Assembly (NCBI GenBank): GCA_018670435.1
Contig: JABHRC010000039.1
Coordinates: forward strand, 2,964 to 66,963
Reading direction: 5' to 3'
Length of the DNA stretch: 64,000 nt
Origin: Gammaproteobacteria bacterium
Lineage (GTDB): Bacteria; Pseudomonadota; Gammaproteobacteria; GCA-002705445; GCA-002716945
Below the pieces are notes generated by a model. The model made no database searches. It was not told where the DNA came from and worked only from the letters and a program-made list of their open reading frames with translations. A program made the translations under genes and the position numbers. Positions 18,961-27,532 of this stretch are shown piece by piece. Positions within the stretch are counted from its first letter, which is position 1, and every line of letters begins with the position of its first letter.

Positions 18961-19412
18961 TGTTTAAAGGCATTCACAATATTAATTTGGACGCAAAAGG
19001 TAGATTAACTATACCGACTAAGTATAGAAACACTATTAGTGATCAGTCGAATGGCAATATGGTTGTTACGATTGACTCGGAAGAAAAGTGTTTGCTTCTA
19101 TATCCGGCGACAGTTTTCTCTAATATTGAAAAGAAAATCAATGATTTACCAAGCTTTACCAAAAACCATAGAAGAATACAGCGTTTGATAATAGGGCACG
19201 CAGAAGACTTAGAATTAGATTCTAGTGGAAGAATACTTTTATCCAAACCTCTCAGAATAGTAGCCGAGATGTCAAAAAAAATTACCCTTATAGGGCAAGG
19301 CGATAAATTTGAAATATGGAGTGATGATATCTGGAGCAATAGAGTTAATAAGTGGAGGTCTGAAGAAACGGATGAATCAAGTGAGTCTGTTTTATCGGAC
19401 ATAAGAATTTAA
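18960..19412 (+). CDS. mraZ: Division/cell wall cluster transcriptional repressor MraZ
   Basis: MFKG, LDAKGRL.IP and LDSSGRIL motifs. Confidence 0.96.
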   Translation: MFKGIHNINLDAKGRLTIPTKYRNTISDQSNGNMVVTIDSEEKCLLLYPATVFSNIEKKINDLPSFTKNHRRIQRLIIGHAEDLELDSSGRILLSKPLRIVAEMSKKITLIGQGDKFEIWSDDIWSNRVNKWRSEETDESSESVLSDIRI

Positions 19413-19609
19413 TGAAATTAGATAGATATTATAGAACTTTAGGTGTAACTGGGACTGAAGATGCCAAGGTCATTAAAAGAGCATTTATGAGGGTTGCTCA
19501 AAAATGTCATCCTGACAAGAATCCAGGTGACATGAGATCAACTGAAAAATTTATAGATGCCAGAAATGCATACGAATATATTATGAAATATAAAAAAGGT
19601 ATCAGATAA
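19412..19609 (+). CDS. Stand-alone J-domain (DnaJ-domain) microprotein, 65 aa
   Basis: YYRTLGV, IKRAF...AQKCHPDKNPGD and EKF...NAYE motifs; TAATG overlaps with both mraZ and rsmH. Confidence 0.85.
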   Translation: MKLDRYYRTLGVTGTEDAKVIKRAFMRVAQKCHPDKNPGDMRSTEKFIDARNAYEYIMKYKKGIR

Positions 19610-20553
19610 TGGTTGTATCAAAACACATACCAGTAATGCTTGATCAGTGTATTGAATCCCTTGCAATCTTGCCTAGTGGAACATATATTGATGCAACATT
19701 TGGTTTTGGTGGCCATTCAAAGGAAATCTTAGATTCTTTAGATAGCAAAGGTCGGCTGTATGCGGTTGATAAGGATACTTATGCAGTCAGTATGGCCAGA
19801 GAAGATATTGCAAGCGACAAAAGATTTACCCTTAAACATGGATGTTTTTCAGATTTAGAAGATTATTCAAAGGAATGGGGTATACATGGGTCAATTAATG
19901 GAATTCTATTTGATTTAGGTGTTTCATCTCATCACCTTGATGAAGCTAGTAGAGGTTTTAGTTTCAATAAGAATGGACCTATAGATATGAGATTTGATCA
20001 GTCATGCGGTATTTCAGCTTGTGAGTGGCTAGAAACTGTTGATGAACAAACTTTGTCATATGTTATTTGGAAATATGGCGATGAAAGATATTCAAGACGA
20101 ATTGCTAGAGCAATAGTTTATCAGAGAGATAAGGAAAGAATTTCAGATACAGATCATTTAGCCAAAATAATAGATAAAGCAATGCCTAGAAATGAAAAAC
20201 ATAAGCATAATGCTACCAGAACGTTCCAAGCAATAAGAATATTTATTAATAAAGAATTAGAGGTCTTAAAAGATGTGCTTAGTAATAGCTATAATATCCT
20301 AGCGCCTAAAGGACGATTAGTTCTTCTAACATATCATTCTTTAGAAGATAGGGTTATAAAAGATTTTCTTGCAGTAACAGATGAGAATATTTCTACCCCA
20401 AGAAATTTACCAATCAAAAGCGAATTTTTAAAAAAGATGTTTAACATAGTTTCAAAATCTATTAAACCTAGTAAAGATGAGGTTAGTTCAAACCCAAGAT
20501 CTAGATCTGCTAAATTAAATATACTGGAAAAAGCTAATGAGGATTATGTCTAA
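19609..20553 (+). CDS. rsmH: 16S rRNA m4C1402 methyltransferase
   Basis: HIPVM, DATFGFGGHS, DLGVSS, RGFSF, ATRTFQAIRI, HSLEDR and NPRSRSAKL motifs. Confidence 0.96.
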   Translation: MVVSKHIPVMLDQCIESLAILPSGTYIDATFGFGGHSKEILDSLDSKGRLYAVDKDTYAVSMAREDIASDKRFTLKHGCFSDLEDYSKEWGIHGSINGILFDLGVSSHHLDEASRGFSFNKNGPIDMRFDQSCGISACEWLETVDEQTLSYVIWKYGDERYSRRIARAIVYQRDKERISDTDHLAKIIDKAMPRNEKHKHNATRTFQAIRIFINKELEVLKDVLSNSYNILAPKGRLVLLTYHSLEDRVIKDFLAVTDENISTPRNLPIKSEFLKKMFNIVSKSIKPSKDEVSSNPRSRSAKLNILEKANEDYV

Positions 20554-20806
20554 TTTATTAATATTATTTTTCATTACAATATCAGCATTTACTGTTGTTT
20601 ATTTAAAACATAAAAATAGAACTATGAACATTAATATCGAAAAAACTGAAAAAAAATTAGCATTTGAACTAAATGAACATAAGAGATTGTTAGATATTAA
20701 AGCGAAATTAATAAATCAGAAATTAGTTAATATTGATATTGAACAAAGTCTTGGAATGGAAATTCCATCGAAAAAGAAAATAATTTATTTAGATTTGGTT
20801 GAATAA
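20546..20806 (+). CDS. ftsL: Cell division protein FtsL (divergent)
   Basis: One TM segment then a coiled coil, LGMEIP near the C-terminus; follows rsmH; GAGGA SD before ATG 20546 (alternative ATG 20537). Confidence 0.7.
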   Translation: MSNLLILFFITISAFTVVYLKHKNRTMNINIEKTEKKLAFELNEHKRLLDIKAKLINQKLVNIDIEQSLGMEIPSKKKIIYLDLVE

Positions 20807-20820
20807 ACCGGAGGTGTAGT

Positions 20821-21975
20821 ATGTTTGAGTTAGTAAACGAGTATAATCAGAATGCTGTGATTAAGGTGATTGGTGTTGGTGGAGGCGGCGGTAACGCTGT
20901 TATGTCAATGCTTGAGTCTAAGATTCATGGCGCAGAATTCATTTTAGCAAATACAGACTCTCAAGCGTTGAGAGATGTCAAAGGCGCAACAATGATACAA
21001 ATAGGATCAGAAATCACTAAAGGTCTTGGCGCAGGAGCAGACCCAGAAAAAGGAAGACAGGCCGCCTTGGAAGCAAAAGAAGAATTAGCTTCTGCTATCG
21101 AAGGTACAGATATGTTATTTATTGCTGCAGGCATGGGTGGTGGCACTGGTACTGGGGCTGCATCAGTCATTGCTCAGATTGCAAGAGATGCAGGTGTATT
21201 AACAGTAGCTGTTGTAACAAAACCATATGAGTTTGAAGGAGCAAAAAGAATGTTACATGCTGATCAAGGTATAGAAGCACTAAGTGAATGGGTTGATTCA
21301 TTGATTGTAATACCTAATGAAAAATTATCAGAGGTATATGGAGGAGAAAATTCTATATTTTCATCTTTTGATAATGCAAATGAAGTTTTAAAAGGTGCTG
21401 TTAAAGGTATCGCTGAAATTATAACAATTAGAGGATTCATCAATGTTGATTTTGCAGATGTTAAGACTGTAATGTCAGGCAGAGGGAAAGCAATGATGGG
21501 TTCTGGTTGTGCAACTGGTGATAACCGAGCAGAAGAGGCTGTTCAAGGCGCATTAAATAGTCCGCTATTAGATAATATAGACTTGCATGGAGCGAGTGGT
21601 GTATTAGTTAATATCACAGCAGGTGCAAACTTAACATCTAATGAGTTCGGTATAATAGGCGAACGAGTTAAAGAAATTGCAAATGAAGATGCAACCGTAA
21701 TAGTAGGTTGTATAAAAGAAGAGGATAGTCTGGGAGAGTTAAGAGTAACTTTGATAGCAACAGGTTTTGAAGAAACTGCTGAAAGTCAGATTAAAGACAA
21801 TATTCCTCAGAGTCAAGCAAGTCCATTATCATCAAATGAGACAATGGCAACAGTTAATGTTTCTCCTCAATCACCATCTAGTTATAATAGTAATATAACT
21901 AGCAATGTAATTGTGGATAAAGGTGAAATTGACAATGTTGATATACCTGCTTTCTTAAGGCAACAAGCTGACTAG
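20821..21975 (+). CDS. ftsZ: Cell division protein FtsZ
   Basis: IKVIGVGGGGGNAV, GMGGGTGTG, INVDFAD and C-terminal DIPAFLRQQAD; GGAGGTG SD. Confidence 0.98.
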   Translation: MFELVNEYNQNAVIKVIGVGGGGGNAVMSMLESKIHGAEFILANTDSQALRDVKGATMIQIGSEITKGLGAGADPEKGRQAALEAKEELASAIEGTDMLFIAAGMGGGTGTGAASVIAQIARDAGVLTVAVVTKPYEFEGAKRMLHADQGIEALSEWVDSLIVIPNEKLSEVYGGENSIFSSFDNANEVLKGAVKGIAEIITIRGFINVDFADVKTVMSGRGKAMMGSGCATGDNRAEEAVQGALNSPLLDNIDLHGASGVLVNITAGANLTSNEFGIIGERVKEIANEDATVIVGCIKEEDSLGELRVTLIATGFEETAESQIKDNIPQSQASPLSSNETMATVNVSPQSPSSYNSNITSNVIVDKGEIDNVDIPAFLRQQAD

Positions 21976-23689
21976 TAAAAATAACAGCTTAAAAAAATAT
22001 ATATGGAGACAATATTTTATATTATTTATTGTCTCCATAGTTCTTCTTCTGATTACCGCAAGAATTATTTTATTACAAGGCTTTAATACAGATTGTTTCT
22101 TGTTCAATCAGTCTGCCTGTAAAGCTAATCTAAGCAATGTGGCAGACAAACGTCAAATTGATCATAAAATAATAAGAACTTATAGAGGTATGATTTATGA
22201 TAGAAATGGTGAAATCTTAGCAATGAGCTTACCAAAAAAAACATTATGTATTAATGTTTTTGAGGTTAAAAAAATGTTAGAAATAGAAAATATTGACTAT
22301 ACTCAATTATTAAAGTTAACTGGTATCTCTAAAAAAAAATTTTCAAAAATACTAAAGAAACAGTCTAATAAAAAAGAATATTACTTGAAAAGAAAAATTA
22401 ATGATAGTCTTGCATCTAAAATCACAAAGCTAAATTTACCATATATTTATTTTATAGACGAATACCATCGTGTATATCTTGGTGGGTCATACTTTTCAAA
22501 TATAATTGGATTTACAGACATTGATGATAATGGGCAGTCAGGTATTGAGTATGCAAAAAATAAAGAATTAAGCTCTACTCCTGGAATTAAAAAAGTTAGA
22601 AAGGATAATCTTGGACGTTCTGTCGAACTAATAGAGTTAGTTAAAAAACCAATTTCTGGACAGAATATATATCTATCATTGGATAAGAGAGTGCAGTTGA
22701 TTGGCTATAATATTTTGAAAGATCATGTCAAAAAGAGTAGAGCAGATAGTGCATCTCTTGTTCTTGTAAAAAATACAACTGGGGAAATAATTTCTATGGT
22801 TAATTATCCATCATTTAATCCTAAAAATCGAAATGAAATGACCGGGCAAAATATAAGAAATAAATCAGCAACATATATATTCGAACCTGGCTCAACTATG
22901 AAACCTTTTGCTGTATACACCGCCTTAGAAACAAAATCTATTACTTATGATTATATGATTGATACATCCTTGGAAGAAATGCAATTAATGAATAAGCCTC
23001 TGAAAGATTATAAAGATTTAGGTGTCTTGAATTTAGAGGGAATTATACAAAAGTCTAGTAATATTGGTGCTGCAACAATATCTAGAAAAACTGAAAAAGA
23101 AGATATATATAATACCTTAAAGGACCTAGACTTTGGCAATAGTTTGTATATTGATTGGCCAGGTATGCAGGATGGAAATTTACATCATTATAGTAAATGG
23201 TCTAATGATGAGCATGCCTCTATTAGTTTTGGGTATGGAATATCTTCAACATTATTACATTTGGCTAATGCTTATGTAACTCTAGCAAATTATGGGAAAA
23301 AAATTCAGTTAACATATGAAAAGAAAAATAAGGATAATATTTATTATGATGAAGTTCTGAATGATCAAATTTCTAAAGATATAATTAACATGATGAAGTC
23401 TGTAGTAGAAATAGGTGGAACAGGTAACAAAGCTAAGTTAGAAAAATATTCTGTTGCAGGTAAAACTGGTACATCAAGAATCATAGACAATGGTAGATAT
23501 AGTACTAATAAACATAATGCAATCTTTGTAGGAATCGTCCCAGCATCCAAGCCAGAGTATGTGGCTGCTATCATAGTTCGTAATCCTAAAAAAGGTAATG
23601 CATCAGGAGGAAAACAAGCAGCCCCCATATTCAAAGAACTCATGAGCCATTCTTTAAATATATTAAAAGTTTATCCTGATGTTAAATAG
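21968..23689 (+). CDS. ftsI: Peptidoglycan transpeptidase FtsI (PBP3)
   Basis: RGMIYDRNG, EPGSTMK, SSNIG and GKTGT motifs. Frame is open back to 21959 and encodes the TM anchor WRQYFILFIVSIVLLLITARIILLQ; start inferred at CTG 21968 (ORF track gives 22100). Confidence 0.9.
   Translation: MTSKNNSLKKYIWRQYFILFIVSIVLLLITARIILLQGFNTDCFLFNQSACKANLSNVADKRQIDHKIIRTYRGMIYDRNGEILAMSLPKKTLCINVFEVKKMLEIENIDYTQLLKLTGISKKKFSKILKKQSNKKEYYLKRKINDSLASKITKLNLPYIYFIDEYHRVYLGGSYFSNIIGFTDIDDNGQSGIEYAKNKELSSTPGIKKVRKDNLGRSVELIELVKKPISGQNIYLSLDKRVQLIGYNILKDHVKKSRADSASLVLVKNTTGEIISMVNYPSFNPKNRNEMTGQNIRNKSATYIFEPGSTMKPFAVYTALETKSITYDYMIDTSLEEMQLMNKPLKDYKDLGVLNLEGIIQKSSNIGAATISRKTEKEDIYNTLKDLDFGNSLYIDWPGMQDGNLHHYSKWSNDEHASISFGYGISSTLLHLANAYVTLANYGKKIQLTYEKKNKDNIYYDEVLNDQISKDIINMMKSVVEIGGTGNKAKLEKYSVAGKTGTSRIIDNGRYSTNKHNAIFVGIVPASKPEYVAAIIVRNPKKGNASGGKQAAPIFKELMSHSLNILKVYPDVK
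22002..22050 (+). terminator. 13-bp hairpin followed by a pyrimidine tract downstream of ftsZ (terminator-like or stabilising)
   Basis: TATGGAGACAATA (22002-22014) / TATTGTCTCCATA (22027-22039), then GTTCTTCTTCT. Confidence 0.55.
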
Positions 23690-23692
23690 AGT

Positions 23693-25099
23693 ATGAATAG
23701 AGATATTAATAAAATAATTAATTTTACAAAAAGTATAAATTCTAGAATTATAGATATGAGAAAAGTATATTCTTTTAGTAGTCAAGATATATGTAAGAAT
23801 AAAATTCTAGTGCTTAACATAAAATCAAAAAGGAATATATATAGATATATAAATGAAGCGATAGATAAAGGCATCATTGGTCTAATTGTAACAGTACCTA
23901 TCAATGAAGATAGATTAATAAAAAATATCCCTGTCTTACATACAAATTACCTAAAGGATAATTTGAATATTTTTCTTGATTATTTATACGAGAGTCCATT
24001 AAAAAGTAAAAAAGTGATTGGAGTAACAGGAACAGATGGTAAGACATCAACATGTCATCTTATTGCTGAGTGTTTGACAGCATTAGGCAAAAGAGTTGGT
24101 ATTATTTCTACCGAAGGTAATGGAGTTTATCCAAGGCTTAAGCAAAGTAAATACACAACCCCAAGGAGCGACATTCTCTATGAAGAATTTAGTATTTTCA
24201 GAGATAAAAATGTAGACACAGTTATCATAGAATGTTCCTCGCAAGGTTTAGATCAAGGTAGATTAAATAACATTATTTTTACTTATTCAGTAATAACAAA
24301 TATACATAAAGATCATATTGAATATCATAAGACATTTAAGAATTATGTGGAATCTAAAATTAAACTACTGAATATGACAAAGAAACATTTTTTTATAAAT
24401 GAAGATTGTAAGGACACTATATCGAATTATAGTAATATAAAGCAATCTAAAATTATAGTTTATGGAAAGTATTTGGATGCTGGAAAAATAAATGACTTAG
24501 TTAAACCATCAAATATATCTAAAGATTTAATTATACAAACTAACCGTGCCTTACTATATAAATATCTATTAAATGAAGATCAGTCTCTGAAAACTATCAG
24601 AGGTATTTTAAATAAAAAATTTAAAGCAATTAAAGGACGTATGAATTATTTTAGTGATAAAAGAAATAGTGCGACATATATAATAGATTATGCGCATACC
24701 GAACAAGCTTTAGACCTAGTTTTGAAATATGCAAAAGTAAAATCTGGAAAATCAGTCTTAATAACTTTATTTGGTTGTGGTGGTAACCGTGATAAGGGTA
24801 AAAGATCAAGAATGGGTATTATTGCAAAAAAATATTCTGATAAAATTATCCTGACAGATGACAACCCTAGAAATGAGGACTCAATGAATATAATCAATGA
24901 TATTCATAAGAAAATAAAGGACAAATCTAATATCTATATTATACCAAATAGAAAGAAAGCTATTAAAAAAGCATTTTCTATGTCTAAAAAAGATCATATT
25001 GTTGTTTTAGCAGGAAAGGGTAATGAGGATTATATTGTTTATAAAGATAAAAGTATAAGTCATAATGATATAAAGTATTTAAAAAAATTAATAAAATGA
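23693..25099 (+). CDS. murE: UDP-MurNAc-tripeptide synthetase
   Basis: GVTGTDGKTS, TTP, ECSSQGL, IDYAHT, FGCGGNRD, DDNPRNE and AGKG motifs. Confidence 0.92.
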   Translation: MNRDINKIINFTKSINSRIIDMRKVYSFSSQDICKNKILVLNIKSKRNIYRYINEAIDKGIIGLIVTVPINEDRLIKNIPVLHTNYLKDNLNIFLDYLYESPLKSKKVIGVTGTDGKTSTCHLIAECLTALGKRVGIISTEGNGVYPRLKQSKYTTPRSDILYEEFSIFRDKNVDTVIIECSSQGLDQGRLNNIIFTYSVITNIHKDHIEYHKTFKNYVESKIKLLNMTKKHFFINEDCKDTISNYSNIKQSKIIVYGKYLDAGKINDLVKPSNISKDLIIQTNRALLYKYLLNEDQSLKTIRGILNKKFKAIKGRMNYFSDKRNSATYIIDYAHTEQALDLVLKYAKVKSGKSVLITLFGCGGNRDKGKRSRMGIIAKKYSDKIILTDDNPRNEDSMNIINDIHKKIKDKSNIYIIPNRKKAIKKAFSMSKKDHIVVLAGKGNEDYIVYKDKSISHNDIKYLKKLIK

Positions 25100-26436
25100 A
25101 TCTATCAATATTAGAATTAGAAGCAATTTTAAAATCAAAAGCTATTAATGTGGATAGCTTAATATCTATTAGTGGAGTTTCTATTGATTCTAGGACAATT
25201 AGTAAAAATGAATTATTTATTGCTATTAAGGGTAACAATCATGATGGGTTTTCATTTATTAATGATGCCATTATAAACGGTGCAGCACTAATTATCTCTG
25301 AAAAAAAATTAATTGATCATCCATATATTCTTGTGAGTGATACGACTAATGCCTTGGCTCAGATTGCTAAATTTTATGCAAACAAAATTCATCCGATTAC
25401 AATAGGAATCACAGGTACAAATGGAAAAACTTCAGTAACTAACATGACTTCTTCAATTCTTAAATCATGCATGAAAACTTTAAGTACATATAAAAATTAT
25501 AACAATGAAATAGGTTTACCTTTATCAATACTAAATGCAGTCGAGGAGGATGAAGTTTTCGTATTAGAAATGGGTGCTAGTAAGGTTGGTGATATACAAC
25601 AATTAATAGAAATTGCCAGACCAACTATAGTGGCATTACTAAATGTTTCTCCAGCACATTTAGACAGTTTTGGGAATTTAGAAAATATCATTAGAACCAA
25701 GGAAGAAATATTATCATACCAAGGATATCCTAAAACAGTAATTTTAGATAAAAATAATGATAACTTTGAAAGATGGTCTCTAAAATCCACAAAAAATAAA
25801 ATTATAAAAATATCCGTCGATCAGCCTGCTGATTATTATATTCTAAGTTCTAATGGGCATAATATATGTGTTAAAACACCTTATTTCGATATTAATGATC
25901 TACATGTGACAAATCTAGAACCTTATTATTTAAATAATATTTTATTTTCAATAGCACTTGCATGTGAGGCAGGTGCTGAGTCAAAAGATGTCCTTGAAGG
26001 ATTAAATGACTTTGAAGATATAGATGGTAGATTTGGTATTAAGAAAGGACTGCATGGTTCAAAAATCATAGATAGTTCTTATAATGCCAATCCTCAGTCT
26101 TTCCTATCATCAATTAACTCACTTATAAGACTAGACAAAGAACCATGGCTTATCATGGGAGAAATGGGTGAATTAGGTGAATATTCTGAGCTATATCATA
26201 AGCAAGTAGCTAAACATGCATATGATATGGGTGTTAAAAAACTATTTGTTATAAGTAAGTATTCTAAATCAATCCTTGATGAATTTGGCGACAACTCTTA
26301 TAGCTTTAACTCAATTGAGACGTTGATAGATTATATAAAGCCACAGCTCAATGATAATGTTAATATCTTAGTAAAAGCATCACGTTTTATGAAATTTGAC
26401 ATTATTGTAGATGCATTACTAGAAGGAAAATATTAA
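25096..26436 (+). CDS. murF: UDP-MurNAc-pentapeptide synthetase
   Basis: IDSR, GITGTNGKT, NYNNEIGLP, EMGA, DSSYNANP and GEMGELG motifs. Confidence 0.94.
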   Translation: MNLSILELEAILKSKAINVDSLISISGVSIDSRTISKNELFIAIKGNNHDGFSFINDAIINGAALIISEKKLIDHPYILVSDTTNALAQIAKFYANKIHPITIGITGTNGKTSVTNMTSSILKSCMKTLSTYKNYNNEIGLPLSILNAVEEDEVFVLEMGASKVGDIQQLIEIARPTIVALLNVSPAHLDSFGNLENIIRTKEEILSYQGYPKTVILDKNNDNFERWSLKSTKNKIIKISVDQPADYYILSSNGHNICVKTPYFDINDLHVTNLEPYYLNNILFSIALACEAGAESKDVLEGLNDFEDIDGRFGIKKGLHGSKIIDSSYNANPQSFLSSINSLIRLDKEPWLIMGEMGELGEYSELYHKQVAKHAYDMGVKKLFVISKYSKSILDEFGDNSYSFNSIETLIDYIKPQLNDNVNILVKASRFMKFDIIVDALLEGKY

Positions 26437-26445
26437 TATCTATAT

Positions 26446-27531
26446 ATGTTATATTATCTATTTGATTATTTAGCCCAATTTAATTCTGGCTTTGACGTTT
26501 TTCATTATCTCACATTGCGGATTATATTGTCTGCTTTAACCGCGCTAGTACTTTCTTTAATGCTCGGACCAATTATTATTAATTATCTCAATAATAAAAA
26601 GCTATATCAAAGCATTAGAGAGGATGGCCCCAAGTCACATATTACAAATAAATCTCAAACACCATCTATGGGTGGTCTTATAATAATTATCTCAATTATT
26701 TTAAGCACATTGCTTTGGTCCGATATCTTTAATAAAAATATTTGGATATTAGCATTTATATTAATATCATTTGGCATGGTAGGATTTTATGATGACTATC
26801 AAAAATTCATTCATTCATCTAGTGACGGCATAAGTGGAAAGAAAAAATTAGCACTACAGATTATTATAGCGGCTTTAGTAGCCTATTTTATATTTATTAA
26901 TTCAGTTAATTCAATTGAGTTAGAGCTGATGCTTCCTTTTCTTAAAAATTTTTCTTTATATCTAGGTGTATTATTTATACCTTGGTCAATATTAGTTATA
27001 ATTGGATCTAGTAATGCAGTTAATTTAACTGATGGATTAGATGGGCTTGCTATCTTGCCATGTATACTGATAGCTGCAGCCTTTGTATTATTTGCTTATG
27101 TTGAAGGTAACTTTAATATCTCTAATTATCTCTTAATTCCGTACATTCCTGGCGTATCTGAAATTGCAATATTCTCTAGTACTATTGTAGGCGCAGGGCT
27201 TGGTTTCCTCTGGTATAACTCTTATCCAGCTGAAATATTTATGGGAGATGTAGGGTCTTTGTCTTTAGGTGCTGTTTTAGCAACAATTGCAATTCTTCTA
27301 AGACTGGAGATTGTATACGCTATTATGGGTGGTGTTTTTGTTGTTGAGGCTCTGTCAGTAATGGTTCAGGTAACATCTTATAAGATGTTTGGTAAAAGAG
27401 TCTTTAAAATGTCCCCAATTCACCATCATTTTGAATTAAAGGGTTGGCCCGAACCAAAAATCATCGTTCGTTTTTGGATTATAACTTTTGTATTAGTTCT
27501 TATAGCACTAGCATCATTAAAAATTAGATAA
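26446..27531 (+). CDS. mraY: Phospho-N-acetylmuramoyl-pentapeptide transferase
   Basis: TPSMGG, NAVNLTDGLDGL, FMGDVG and PIHHHFE motifs. Confidence 0.97.
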   Translation: MLYYLFDYLAQFNSGFDVFHYLTLRIILSALTALVLSLMLGPIIINYLNNKKLYQSIREDGPKSHITNKSQTPSMGGLIIIISIILSTLLWSDIFNKNIWILAFILISFGMVGFYDDYQKFIHSSSDGISGKKKLALQIIIAALVAYFIFINSVNSIELELMLPFLKNFSLYLGVLFIPWSILVIIGSSNAVNLTDGLDGLAILPCILIAAAFVLFAYVEGNFNISNYLLIPYIPGVSEIAIFSSTIVGAGLGFLWYNSYPAEIFMGDVGSLSLGAVLATIAILLRLEIVYAIMGGVFVVEALSVMVQVTSYKMFGKRVFKMSPIHHHFELKGWPEPKIIVRFWIITFVLVLIALASLKIR

Positions 27532-27532
27532 G

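Noticed and set aside
22100..22102. ORF-track TTG start for ftsI, or ftsI as a TM-less pseudogene
   Set aside because: The upstream in-frame sequence encodes an intact FtsI membrane anchor.
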